In this document: in pieces, positions 19,255-27,246 of the stretch | How the letters are laid out: every line of letters begins with the position of its first letter | Position numbering within the stretch: position 1 is the first letter of the stretch | Source: an uncultured Verrucomicrobia subdivision 3 bacterium | GTDB lineage: Bacteria > Verrucomicrobiota > Verrucomicrobiia > Limisphaerales > UBA8199 | Reading direction: 5' to 3' | DNA: 64,000 nt | NCBI GenBank assembly: GCA_903913865.1 | Contig: CAIWMU010000214.1 | Location: 69,386 to 133,385 of the forward strand | Made by a program: the position numbers and the translations under genes | Notes under the pieces: generated by a model | Databases searched by the model: none | Told to the model about the DNA's origin: nothing | Seen by the model: only the letters and a program-made list of their open reading frames with translations

Positions 19255-19506
19255 ATGAAGTTCGCACTCATTCTCGGAGCCATGACAGGATTTGCGGTCG
19301 GAGTTCTCTCCGGCCTTGCCGTATCCAGTTCCTGGCAGACCTGCCTGATCAACGGCTGCGTAGGCGCTGTTGCCATTGCCCTGCTGCTCCGCTGGTGGCG
19401 CAGGATCTGGGTGGCTTCCCTTCTGGAGTCCCTTCATCAGGAATACCTTGCGGCCCAGCAGGCCAACCGGAAGGATGCGCAACCCTCAACTCCCGGTAAA
19501 TTATGA
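19255..19506 (+). CDS. Small two-TM membrane protein (83 aa), uncharacterised; occupies the slot where flhG is usually found
   Basis: Two hydrophobic helices (FALILGAMTGFAVGVLSGLAV; CLINGCVGAVAIALLL). Its stop overlaps the fliA ATG (ATGA). Alternative start ATG 19282 is preceded by GGAG. Confidence 0.5.
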   Translation: MKFALILGAMTGFAVGVLSGLAVSSSWQTCLINGCVGAVAIALLLRWWRRIWVASLLESLHQEYLAAQQANRKDAQPSTPGKL

Positions 19507-20342
19507 ACGCTGCCCTAGCTGAACCGATCACCGACGCACTCTCCGGAGAAGCTCGCCCAACCCCGCAAGCTCTCTGGCAACGTTACCATCAGGCCAGGGA
19601 CATCAACACCGAGGGCTCTCTCGTTGAGGAATATCTCCCCCTCGTCCGCACCACTGTGGGCCGTCTGGCAATGAGCCTCCCCTCCCATGTGAGTCAGGAT
19701 GATCTCAACAGCGCAGGTCTGCTGGGTCTCCTTCACGCCCTCAGAAGCTTTGATCCAACTGCCGGTGCATCCTTTGAAACCTACGCCCGCATCCGCGTCC
19801 GGGGAGCCATCTTCGACGAACTTAGGCGCATGGACTGGGTCCCCCGCCTCATCCACGACAAATCACGCAAGATTCAGAATGCCATTGCCGAACTGGAGCA
19901 GGCGCTCGGTCGATCCCCTTCCGAGGCTGAGACTGCCTCCGCCCTCGGGATCGATATGGACACCTACGAGCGATGGATGGAGGAGATCCGGCCCGTCACC
20001 TTCGTCTGCCTCGACTGCGCCGGACACCCGGGCAACGAGGATTCGAATTCCCTCCATGAAAGCATCATCGATCACTCCCAGGAATCCCCCTCGGATGGTG
20101 CTTCCCGCAATGAGCTTAAGGAACTGATTTTCAAGAAGCTCAGTTCCCTGCCCGATACACAGCGCAAGGTGCTTTCCCTTTACTACGTTGAGGGCCTGCG
20201 CCTCCGGGAGATTGCCGCCGCATTCGGTCTCACCGAATCACGCATCTCCCAAATTCACTCCCAGGCCGTCCTCGCACTGCGTGCCTTTATTGAAAAGCAT
20301 GAGGTGACACCCAGACTGAACCGCCCCGCCCTAACCTCATGA
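19503..20342 (+). CDS. fliA: Flagellar sigma factor FliA (sigma28)
   Basis: Region 2 (YLPLVRTTVGRLA..., FETYARIRVRGAIFDELR), region 4 HTH (LSLYYVEGLRLREIAAAFGLTESRISQIHSQA). Confidence 0.9.
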   Translation: MNAALAEPITDALSGEARPTPQALWQRYHQARDINTEGSLVEEYLPLVRTTVGRLAMSLPSHVSQDDLNSAGLLGLLHALRSFDPTAGASFETYARIRVRGAIFDELRRMDWVPRLIHDKSRKIQNAIAELEQALGRSPSEAETASALGIDMDTYERWMEEIRPVTFVCLDCAGHPGNEDSNSLHESIIDHSQESPSDGASRNELKELIFKKLSSLPDTQRKVLSLYYVEGLRLREIAAAFGLTESRISQIHSQAVLALRAFIEKHEVTPRLNRPALTS

Positions 20343-21211
20343 TCATCATCGTCGGAGCATTGGTTGTCATTCTCTCCGTTCTGGGCGGATTCAAGATGGC
20401 GGGCGGTCAGCTCGGTGCCCTCATGCACATTTCCGAGTTGATCATCATCGGCGGCTCCGCCCTGGGTGCCATGATCATCATGTCACCCAAAAAAGTACTC
20501 TTCGACCTCGTCCGTGCCATCGCCAACTCTTTCAAGGGCGCACCCTACAACCGGGCAGCTTATGAGGAACTGCTCAAGATGCTCTACGAACTGTTCCTGC
20601 TCGCACGCCGGAACGGGATGATCGCCCTTGAGGAACACGTTACCAACCCCGCCAACAGTTCAATTTTCCGCCGCTACCCCGGCTTCCAGAAAAATCCGGA
20701 GGCGACCGAATTTCTGTGCGGTGCCCTGCGCCCCATCATCGACGGCAAGATCAAGCCCGACCAGCTGCGCCAACTCCTTCATGTGGATCTGGAACGGATG
20801 GAGATCGAAGACCACGCCCCCGTCAACGTCCTGACACGCGCTGCGGATGCAATGCCCGGCTTCGGCATCGTGGCAGCTGTGCTCGGCATCGTCATCACGA
20901 TGGCATCCATCGCCGGACCGATCGAGACCATCGGCGAGAAGGTTGCGGCGGCCCTCGTGGGGACGTTCCTCGGGGTCTTCATTGCCTACGGTTTTCTGGC
21001 CCCGCTGGCCGTCAACATGGAGTTCATCGGCGCCGCCCATCAGGCTTACTTCCGCTGCATCTGCTCAGCGGTCGTTGGCTTTGCGGGCGGCATGGCTCCG
21101 GGCATGGCGGTGGAAATTGGCCGCCGGGGTCTCAGTGGCGAACTCCGGCCGGATGCAAACGAACTTGAGGTCCTGCTCAAGCCCCTCAACACACCGCCCA
21201 AGGGCAAATGA
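20339..21211 (+). CDS. motA: Flagellar stator protein MotA
   Basis: MotA/TolQ/ExbB channel family (ADAMPGFGIVAAVLGIVITM.., VGTFLGVFIAYGFLAPLA). Confidence 0.9.
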   Translation: MIIIVGALVVILSVLGGFKMAGGQLGALMHISELIIIGGSALGAMIIMSPKKVLFDLVRAIANSFKGAPYNRAAYEELLKMLYELFLLARRNGMIALEEHVTNPANSSIFRRYPGFQKNPEATEFLCGALRPIIDGKIKPDQLRQLLHVDLERMEIEDHAPVNVLTRAADAMPGFGIVAAVLGIVITMASIAGPIETIGEKVAAALVGTFLGVFIAYGFLAPLAVNMEFIGAAHQAYFRCICSAVVGFAGGMAPGMAVEIGRRGLSGELRPDANELEVLLKPLNTPPKGK

Positions 21212-21966
21212 AGAAACACGCCCACCATGGTGGTGCCTGGAAGGTCGCCTATGCGGATTTTGTAACCGCAATGATGGCCCTTTTCCTGGTCCTCTGGCTC
21301 ACCGCCCAGGATACCCGGATCAAGGAGGCCGTCGAGCGGGCCTTCCGCAATCCCTTCTCCTCGGCCACCAAGGAGTCCATGGGCATCATTCCCAACAAGG
21401 ATGTTCAGGCCACCCACGAGACAAAGGGGAGTTTCGATTCCGCCAGTGCCCTGCAACTCGAACTCCTGCGCCGCATCACCGAGGACCTTGCAAAAATGCT
21501 GCAGCAGGATGACGACAGCCAGAACAGTGTAAAAATCGCAATGACATCGGACGGCTTGCGCATCAACGTCTATGACCGCTCCACCAAACCACTGTTCGAG
21601 GGCAACGGCAGCGAATTCACCCAATATGGGGACTGGGTCTTCTCAACCCTCGCATGGGAGATAGGTCGCTACCCAACATTCAACATTGAACTGGAGGGCC
21701 ACACGGAGCTCGGCAGTCCCGCAAAAGCCGAAAACTATGGCAGTTGGGAGCTTTCTTCCGATCGTGCAAACGCCGCACGCCGGAAGCTCCTGATTCATGG
21801 TGTGCTCGCGACCCAGATCAAAAAGGTCGCCGGCCTTGCCGATACCGAGCCCATGCCCGAAAGCGACCCCAAGTCGGAGATCAACCGCCGCGTCACTGTT
21901 GTCCTGAAAGTCAAAGATGGTAGCCGCGTCAACGAAACCGCCCCAGGCTCCAAGTCCGCATCATGA
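21208..21966 (+). CDS. motB: Flagellar stator protein MotB (OmpA-like C-domain)
   Basis: N-terminal WKVAYADFVTAMMALFLVLWL with the conserved Asp. C-terminal OmpA motif (NWELSSDRANAARRKL..., NRRVTVVL). Confidence 0.9.
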   Translation: MKKHAHHGGAWKVAYADFVTAMMALFLVLWLTAQDTRIKEAVERAFRNPFSSATKESMGIIPNKDVQATHETKGSFDSASALQLELLRRITEDLAKMLQQDDDSQNSVKIAMTSDGLRINVYDRSTKPLFEGNGSEFTQYGDWVFSTLAWEIGRYPTFNIELEGHTELGSPAKAENYGSWELSSDRANAARRKLLIHGVLATQIKKVAGLADTEPMPESDPKSEINRRVTVVLKVKDGSRVNETAPGSKSAS

Positions 21967-22208
21967 GCGACAAGTTTGTCCCTTTTACCGCCAGGTCCAG
22001 CTCCCCGTCCAGCCCTGCACCGGTCTTTTCGCCCCACACGGCCCTGAGCCATACGGCAGCAGCCCCGCCGAATTCCCTGATCGCTCCCGTTCCAAAACCA
22101 ACCTCCGCCCCTCCGGAGATGACTCTTGTCCGTGATGGCGACCGTGTCACCATGATCCGGATCAGTTGCTCCTGCGGGATGGTCCACGAGATTCAGTGCC
22201 AGTATTGA
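21963..22208 (+). CDS. Small hypothetical protein (81 aa) translationally coupled to motB
   Basis: ATGA overlap with the motB stop. Pro/Ser-rich N-half and a Cys-containing C-terminal module (RVTMIRISCSCGMVHEIQCQY). No family recognised. Confidence 0.45.
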   Translation: MSDKFVPFTARSSSPSSPAPVFSPHTALSHTAAAPPNSLIAPVPKPTSAPPEMTLVRDGDRVTMIRISCSCGMVHEIQCQY

Positions 22209-22294
22209 CCCCCCGGGGGCAATTTCTGCTCCTGCTCCCGGTAGTTTCTACCATCACCCTCCTGAAAGAGGCTGATTTTCAGCCAAAAGCAACA

Positions 22295-22310
22295 TGGCAC
22301 AACCGTTGCT
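22295..22310 (+). promoter_or_regulatory. Consensus sigma54 promoter upstream of flgF
   Basis: TGGCAC-aaccg-TTGCT is an exact match to TGGCAC-N5-TTGCW. Lies in the 117-nt gap before flgF, 15 nt from the ATG. Confidence 0.6.
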
Positions 22311-22325
22311 TGGAGGGTCCTGGAT

Positions 22326-23078
22326 ATGAATGTAAGTCTTTATCAGGCCGCAGCGGCAATGAATGCCAGCGCACGTTGGCAGGATGTCATTTCGGAGAAT
22401 CTCAATGCCAGCTCGATTCCCGGCTTCAAAAAGCAGGACCTGACCTTCAACGCCATTCAGTCCGGCGTCATGAGTTCCGGTTCCGAATCCGTTGACCTTG
22501 GCGACACCCGTCTCCCCCTGCCCTCCAGCAGTCCGGTCATAAACTTTACCGCGGGGCAACTCAACCCGTCCGGCAGTCCCACCGATCTGGGAATTGATGG
22601 CTCCGGCTTTTTCGAGGTGCAACTTCCAAATGGCACCACGGCCTACACCCGGGATGGCGAGTTCAAACTCAACGGCCAGGGGCAGTTGATAAACAAACAG
22701 GGCTATCTGGTGCTCGGAGAAACCGGCCCCATTCAACTCGACACGGCCTCCTCATCCCCGATCCAGATTTCAGCCTCGGGCGAGATCACTCAGGGATCCG
22801 ACAGCCGGGGGAAGCTCAAGCTCGCTGAATTCTCCAATCCCCAGCTCCTGACCCCAGCCGGTGGGGGGTGCTTCCTTGCCCAAAACCCCGCTCTTGTCCC
22901 CAATCCGAGCAATTCCTCCATCCGGCAGGGCTTCCTCGAAGCGGGCAACACCACCTCTTCAACGGAAATGGTTAATCTCATCTGTTCCATGCGCATGTTC
23001 GAGGCCAACCAGCGCGTCATTCAAACCCATGATGAACACATGGGAAAAATCATCAGTGAACTCGGTAACCCCAGCTAA
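22326..23078 (+). CDS. flgF: Flagellar proximal rod protein FlgF
   Basis: Rod-family N-motif (ISENLNASSIPGFKK), FFEVQLPNGTTAYTRDGEFKLN, C-terminal SSTEMVNLICSMRMFEANQRVIQ. Confidence 0.85.
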   Translation: MNVSLYQAAAAMNASARWQDVISENLNASSIPGFKKQDLTFNAIQSGVMSSGSESVDLGDTRLPLPSSSPVINFTAGQLNPSGSPTDLGIDGSGFFEVQLPNGTTAYTRDGEFKLNGQGQLINKQGYLVLGETGPIQLDTASSSPIQISASGEITQGSDSRGKLKLAEFSNPQLLTPAGGGCFLAQNPALVPNPSNSSIRQGFLEAGNTTSSTEMVNLICSMRMFEANQRVIQTHDEHMGKIISELGNPS

Positions 23079-23083
23079 ACTAC

Positions 23084-23866
23084 ATGTTGCGAGCCCTTTA
23101 TTCTTCAGCTGCGGGAATGGAATCCCAACAGGTCAATCTCGATATCATCGCCAACAATCTGGCGAACGTGAACACAACCGGCTTCAAGAAAAGCAAAATT
23201 GAGTTTCAGGATCTTCTCTACCAAACCACCCGCTCTGCAGGTGCGGATCAGGGTGCCGGAAACCAGCTTCCGACCGGTCTCCAGATCGGGCACGGCTCCC
23301 GCGCCGTGGCCACCTCCAAGGTCTTCACCACCGGCGAACTCAGCAAGACGGATGAGCGGCTCGACGTCGCGATTCATGGGGATGGATTTTTCGAGGTGCA
23401 AATGCCGGATGGCACCCGCGCCTACACACGGGATGGCGCCCTGAAGACCGCCTCCGATGGACGCATCACAACCAGTGAAGGTTTGGTGCTCCAGGGTGGA
23501 TTCCAGGCCGTCCCGGCAGGAACCAACAACATCACCGTGGCCCCCAGCGGCGAGGTCACCTACAGCGGCTCCAACGGCCAGACCAATTTTAACATCCAGC
23601 TGGTCCGCTTCGTGAATCCGGCGGGCCTTGAGAGCATCGGCCGGAATCTCTACCGTGAAACCCAGGCTTCGGGCGCGCCCGAACTCGGCACTCCCGGGGC
23701 AAATGGATACGGGGAACTCGCCCAGGGCTACCTCGAAATGTCCAACGTCAAGGTGGTTGAGGAAATGGTGAAGCTCATCATGGCCCAGCGCGCCTACGAA
23801 GTGAACTCCAAGGCTGTTCAGGCTGCCGACGAAATGCTCCAACAGGGCAACAACCTCCACCGTTGA
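23084..23866 (+). CDS. flgG: Flagellar distal rod protein FlgG
   Basis: MLRALYSSAAGMESQQVNLDIIANNLANVNTTGFKKS..., FFEVQMPDGTRAYTRDGALK, SNVKVVEEMVKLIMAQRAYEVNSKAVQAADEML. Confidence 0.95.
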   Translation: MLRALYSSAAGMESQQVNLDIIANNLANVNTTGFKKSKIEFQDLLYQTTRSAGADQGAGNQLPTGLQIGHGSRAVATSKVFTTGELSKTDERLDVAIHGDGFFEVQMPDGTRAYTRDGALKTASDGRITTSEGLVLQGGFQAVPAGTNNITVAPSGEVTYSGSNGQTNFNIQLVRFVNPAGLESIGRNLYRETQASGAPELGTPGANGYGELAQGYLEMSNVKVVEEMVKLIMAQRAYEVNSKAVQAADEMLQQGNNLHR

Positions 23867-24627
23867 TGAATTTCTCCCACAGATTTGGTCTCATGTTGTT
23901 GTTTTGCCTCGCAGGGGGTTTCCTGGATTTGAGCGCCCAGGAACCCTCCCGCCAACCCGCCCCGGCAACCAACTCACCGGCATCCGCACCCACCCTGAAC
24001 GAATCCCTCCTCCTCCAACTCCTGACTGCAAAGCTGCAGACCGATGTTGTGAAGGAAAGGGGCGAACTCGAATTGCGCCTCGCCCGACCCTGGCAACCAC
24101 TGCCCCTCCCCGCAGAACCCATTTCCATCAAAATTCTGGAGCTGCCAGCCGCCGGGGTGACCCCGCAATTCATCGCCAGAATCGAAGTCCTCACGCCCTC
24201 CCGCTCCCTGGGGGTCTGGCAGACGGTGCTGCAGGCCAAAGTCTGGCGCGAGATCAGTGTCGCCCGCGTCCCCCTGATCCGGGGACATCTCCTCGACCTC
24301 GCGGACATCTCACTTGATCGGCGGGATGTGCTTTCGCTCCGCAGCGAACTCGCCTCCCCCGGCCCGGAGGATGCCCGTCTGGAACTGACGGAAGCCGTGC
24401 CCACTGGTGCCCCGATTCTCACCCGCGCCCTCAAAGTCCGCCCCGTCGTCCGTCGCGGGCAATTTGCCGAGGCGCTGGTCTCCGAAGGAACCATGCAAAT
24501 CACCATGAAGGTGGAGGTCCTTGAGGATGGTGCTCCGGGCCAGACCGTTCGACTCCGCAACTTTCAATCCCGCCGCGAGTTTCGTGGCATCGTACAAAAT
24601 GAAAATCGCATCATCATCCCCCTCTGA
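23863..24627 (+). CDS. flgA: Flagellar P-ring assembly chaperone FlgA
   Basis: Signal-like N-terminus. C-terminal ChapFlgA block (GTMQITMKVEVLEDGAPGQTVRLRNFQSRREFRGIVQNENRIII). Confidence 0.8.
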   Translation: MMNFSHRFGLMLLFCLAGGFLDLSAQEPSRQPAPATNSPASAPTLNESLLLQLLTAKLQTDVVKERGELELRLARPWQPLPLPAEPISIKILELPAAGVTPQFIARIEVLTPSRSLGVWQTVLQAKVWREISVARVPLIRGHLLDLADISLDRRDVLSLRSELASPGPEDARLELTEAVPTGAPILTRALKVRPVVRRGQFAEALVSEGTMQITMKVEVLEDGAPGQTVRLRNFQSRREFRGIVQNENRIIIPL

Positions 24628-25264
24628 ATCACGCAACCGGCACCTGACCGCCATCAGTGCCGCTGCCATCCTTGTCGTTGGCTGTGCCACCCCGGCCGTC
24701 CGGGCCGACAGCCTATGGCGCGACGATGCCTCCGGCGCTCGCCCGATCTTCTCGGACCGCCGCGCAACCGCCGTGGGCGACATCATCACCATCATCGTTC
24801 AGGAGAACAACTCCACCTCCAAGGATAACAACACGAAGACATCGCGTGAATCCAGCATCGACGCCAGCATCGCGAGCTTCCTCTACAGCCCCGCCGCCAG
24901 CGGCCTCATGACCAAGGCCGGCCAGATGCCCGCCTTCAAAATGGACGGCAAGAATGGCTTCAACGGCGGCGGTGCGATCAACAATTCCGAAAAGATCATC
25001 GCCCGTATCGCCGTCCGCGTGATTGACGTGCTTCCAAACAAAAACCTGCTCATCGAGGGCTCCCGCGATACCGCCTTTTCCGGTGAACAGCAGACCATGG
25101 TCCTGCGTGGCGTGATCCGGGGTGACGATGTGGCCGCAAACAACACGGTTTATAGCTACAACGTGGCCGATGCCACAATCCGGTTCACATCCAAGGGCGC
25201 AATCAGTGACGCACAGCGCAAGGGCTGGTTCACCAAGATCTGGGACAAAGTCTCCCCATTCTGA
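24599..25264 (+). CDS. flgH: Flagellar L-ring lipoprotein FlgH
   Basis: Internal ATG 24599 gives a lipoprotein signal (..AAILVVGC). SLWRDDA..., VGDIITIIVQENNSTS, LIEGSRDTAFSGEQQTMVLRGVIRGDDV. Confidence 0.9.
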   Translation: MKIASSSPSESRNRHLTAISAAAILVVGCATPAVRADSLWRDDASGARPIFSDRRATAVGDIITIIVQENNSTSKDNNTKTSRESSIDASIASFLYSPAASGLMTKAGQMPAFKMDGKNGFNGGGAINNSEKIIARIAVRVIDVLPNKNLLIEGSRDTAFSGEQQTMVLRGVIRGDDVAANNTVYSYNVADATIRFTSKGAISDAQRKGWFTKIWDKVSPF

Positions 25265-25266
25265 GC

Positions 25267-26400
25267 ATGAACATCCGCCGTCTCATCCCCCTTCAGTTCC
25301 TTCAGCGCCTCAGCCTGGCAGCACTCTGCTGCTGGCTGGCTGCCTCCCCGGCCGCCGCCGGTGTCCGCGTTCGGGACCTTGCCATGATCGCCGGCGCCCG
25401 GGACAACCAGCTCGTCGGCTACGGTCTCGTCGTGGGGCTTGCAGGGGATGGTGACAAGGACCCGGTTTACACCAAGCAAACCGTGGCCAACATGCTCCAG
25501 CGCCACGGGATCACCGTCCCGCCCGCCACACTCTCCTCCAAAAACGTCGCTGTCGTCATGGTGACTGCGGATATCGCAGCCTTCATGAAGAACGGCTCGC
25601 GAATCGATGTGCAGGTCGCCTCCATCGGCGATGCAAAATCGCTCCAGGGTGGCGTCCTTCTACAGACGCCCCTGCTGGGTGCCGACAACCGCGTCTATGC
25701 GGTGGCCCAGGGCCCCCTTTCGGTTGGCGGCTTCAGCGCCGGCGCCGGTGGTGGCGGCGGAGCCACAGTCACCAAGAACCATCCCACCGTTGCCACCATC
25801 ATCGGCGGGGCGCTGGTTGAGAAGGAAATACCGGCCACCATCGTGCACGATCAAACCCTCGAACTGCTCCTGCGCGAGCCGGGCTTCACCACTGCGGCCC
25901 GGATGGCCACCGCCATCAATCTCATCTACACAAACGCCGCCGAGGCGGTGGACGCCACGACCGTCAAGGTTCAACTCCCCGAGGTTGCTCAGGGACGCCC
26001 TGTCGATTTCATCGCCCGTCTTGAGGCGATCGAGCTTGAGCCGGATGCGCCCGCCCGCATCGTCATCAATGAGCGCACCGGCACCATCGTTGCCACCTCC
26101 CGCATCAAGATTTCCAATTGCGCGATTTCACAAGGCAGCCTCACGATCAACATCGCTTCCACTCTTCAGGTTTCCCAGCCGAACGCCCTCTCCAGCACCG
26201 GCGAGACTGTCGTAACGCCCCAGACGAAAACGGATGTCACGGAAAACAAGGCCCGGTTCATCAATCTGCCCGAAATGCCAACCGTGGAAAAAGTGGCCTC
26301 CGCGCTGAATGCCCTGGGTGTCACACCGAGGGACATGATGGCGATCTTTCAAGCCATGAAACAGGCCGGCGCACTCCAGGCTGAACTCATCACCCGCTGA
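25267..26400 (+). CDS. flgI: Flagellar P-ring protein FlgI
   Basis: VRVRDLAMIAGARDNQLVGYGLVVGLAGDGD, NVAVVMVTADI, GGVLLQTPLLGADNRVYAVAQG, ALNALGVTPRDMMAIFQAMKQAGALQAELI. Confidence 0.95.
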   Translation: MNIRRLIPLQFLQRLSLAALCCWLAASPAAAGVRVRDLAMIAGARDNQLVGYGLVVGLAGDGDKDPVYTKQTVANMLQRHGITVPPATLSSKNVAVVMVTADIAAFMKNGSRIDVQVASIGDAKSLQGGVLLQTPLLGADNRVYAVAQGPLSVGGFSAGAGGGGGATVTKNHPTVATIIGGALVEKEIPATIVHDQTLELLLREPGFTTAARMATAINLIYTNAAEAVDATTVKVQLPEVAQGRPVDFIARLEAIELEPDAPARIVINERTGTIVATSRIKISNCAISQGSLTINIASTLQVSQPNALSSTGETVVTPQTKTDVTENKARFINLPEMPTVEKVASALNALGVTPRDMMAIFQAMKQAGALQAELITR

Positions 26401-26402
26401 TC

Positions 26403-26750
26403 ATGAACATTCAGGCACCCACCAAAACTCATCTCTCAGAAGGCCTCAGCCTTGAGCAGGTGGCTCATTCCACCAAGCTGACGGAGCGTGAGAAAATCAC
26501 CGAACTCAGCAAGGGTTTTGAGGCCGTCCTGCTCAGGAACGTCCTTGAGAACGCACAAAAGCCGACTCTGGACAAGAAGAGCACCAGCAACAACGCCACC
26601 GGCGGTATCTACCGCGACATGCTTTCCAACCAGACCGCAGACATGATCTCCCGCTCCGGCACGCTCGGCCTGGCACGCCAACTCGACCGCGAACTGTCCT
26701 CCCGCTGCCCCGCCGATCCAAAAACCGCCCAATCCGATTCCCCAACATGA
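26403..26750 (+). CDS. flgJ: Rod-binding protein (FlgJ N-terminal-domain only; no muramidase domain)
   Basis: Rod_binding pattern LSKGFEAVLLRNVLENAQKP...GGIYRDMLSNQTADMISRSGTLGLARQL. Only 115 aa. Confidence 0.75.
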   Translation: MNIQAPTKTHLSEGLSLEQVAHSTKLTEREKITELSKGFEAVLLRNVLENAQKPTLDKKSTSNNATGGIYRDMLSNQTADMISRSGTLGLARQLDRELSSRCPADPKTAQSDSPT

Positions 26751-27241
26751 ACGAGCTCCAAAACTTCATCGATTGTCTCCGCCAGGAACTGACCCAGTAT
26801 GGGGAAATGCTGGCACTCCTCGACCACCAGCAGGATGCCGTGGTTCGCTGCCAGCCCACCCTCATCTACGAGGGCGTTGCCGCCATCGACGCCCAAACCC
26901 AGGTCCTTCAGACCGCGCGCGATGCACGCGAGAATTCCCGCCGCGCTCTCGCAAGCCATTATCACCAGCCGGATCCGGCCCCTGTCTCCTCCCTCATCAA
27001 CGTCCTGCCACCCGATTACCGGCCCCTGCTCGACGCTCTGGTTCAGGAGAACAACCACCTTCTCACCCGCGTCCAGCACCGGGCGCGCCAGAACCATCTG
27101 CTCCTCAGCCGCTCGCTCGAAACGATGCGCCACATTATCGGCGGCCTGTGCGCCGCGCCCACGCCCCCCGTCTATAACGATTCCGGCAGGATCCTGCCCC
27201 TCCCTGTCTCCGGCCGGTTTCTCTCAGAAGCACTCTGCTAA
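26747..27241 (+). CDS. flgN: FlgN-like flagellar chaperone
   Basis: Helical 164-aa protein (LQNFIDCLRQELTQYGEMLALLDHQQDAVV..., ENNHLLTRVQHRARQNHLLLSRSLE) immediately upstream of flgK. Confidence 0.55.
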   Translation: MNELQNFIDCLRQELTQYGEMLALLDHQQDAVVRCQPTLIYEGVAAIDAQTQVLQTARDARENSRRALASHYHQPDPAPVSSLINVLPPDYRPLLDALVQENNHLLTRVQHRARQNHLLLSRSLETMRHIIGGLCAAPTPPVYNDSGRILPLPVSGRFLSEALC

Positions 27242-27246
27242 TTCTT

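Noticed and set aside
24521-24598. Upstream start for flgH at 24521.
   Set aside because: It would overlap flgA by more than 100 nt. ATG 24599 gives a proper lipoprotein signal ending in ..VVGC.
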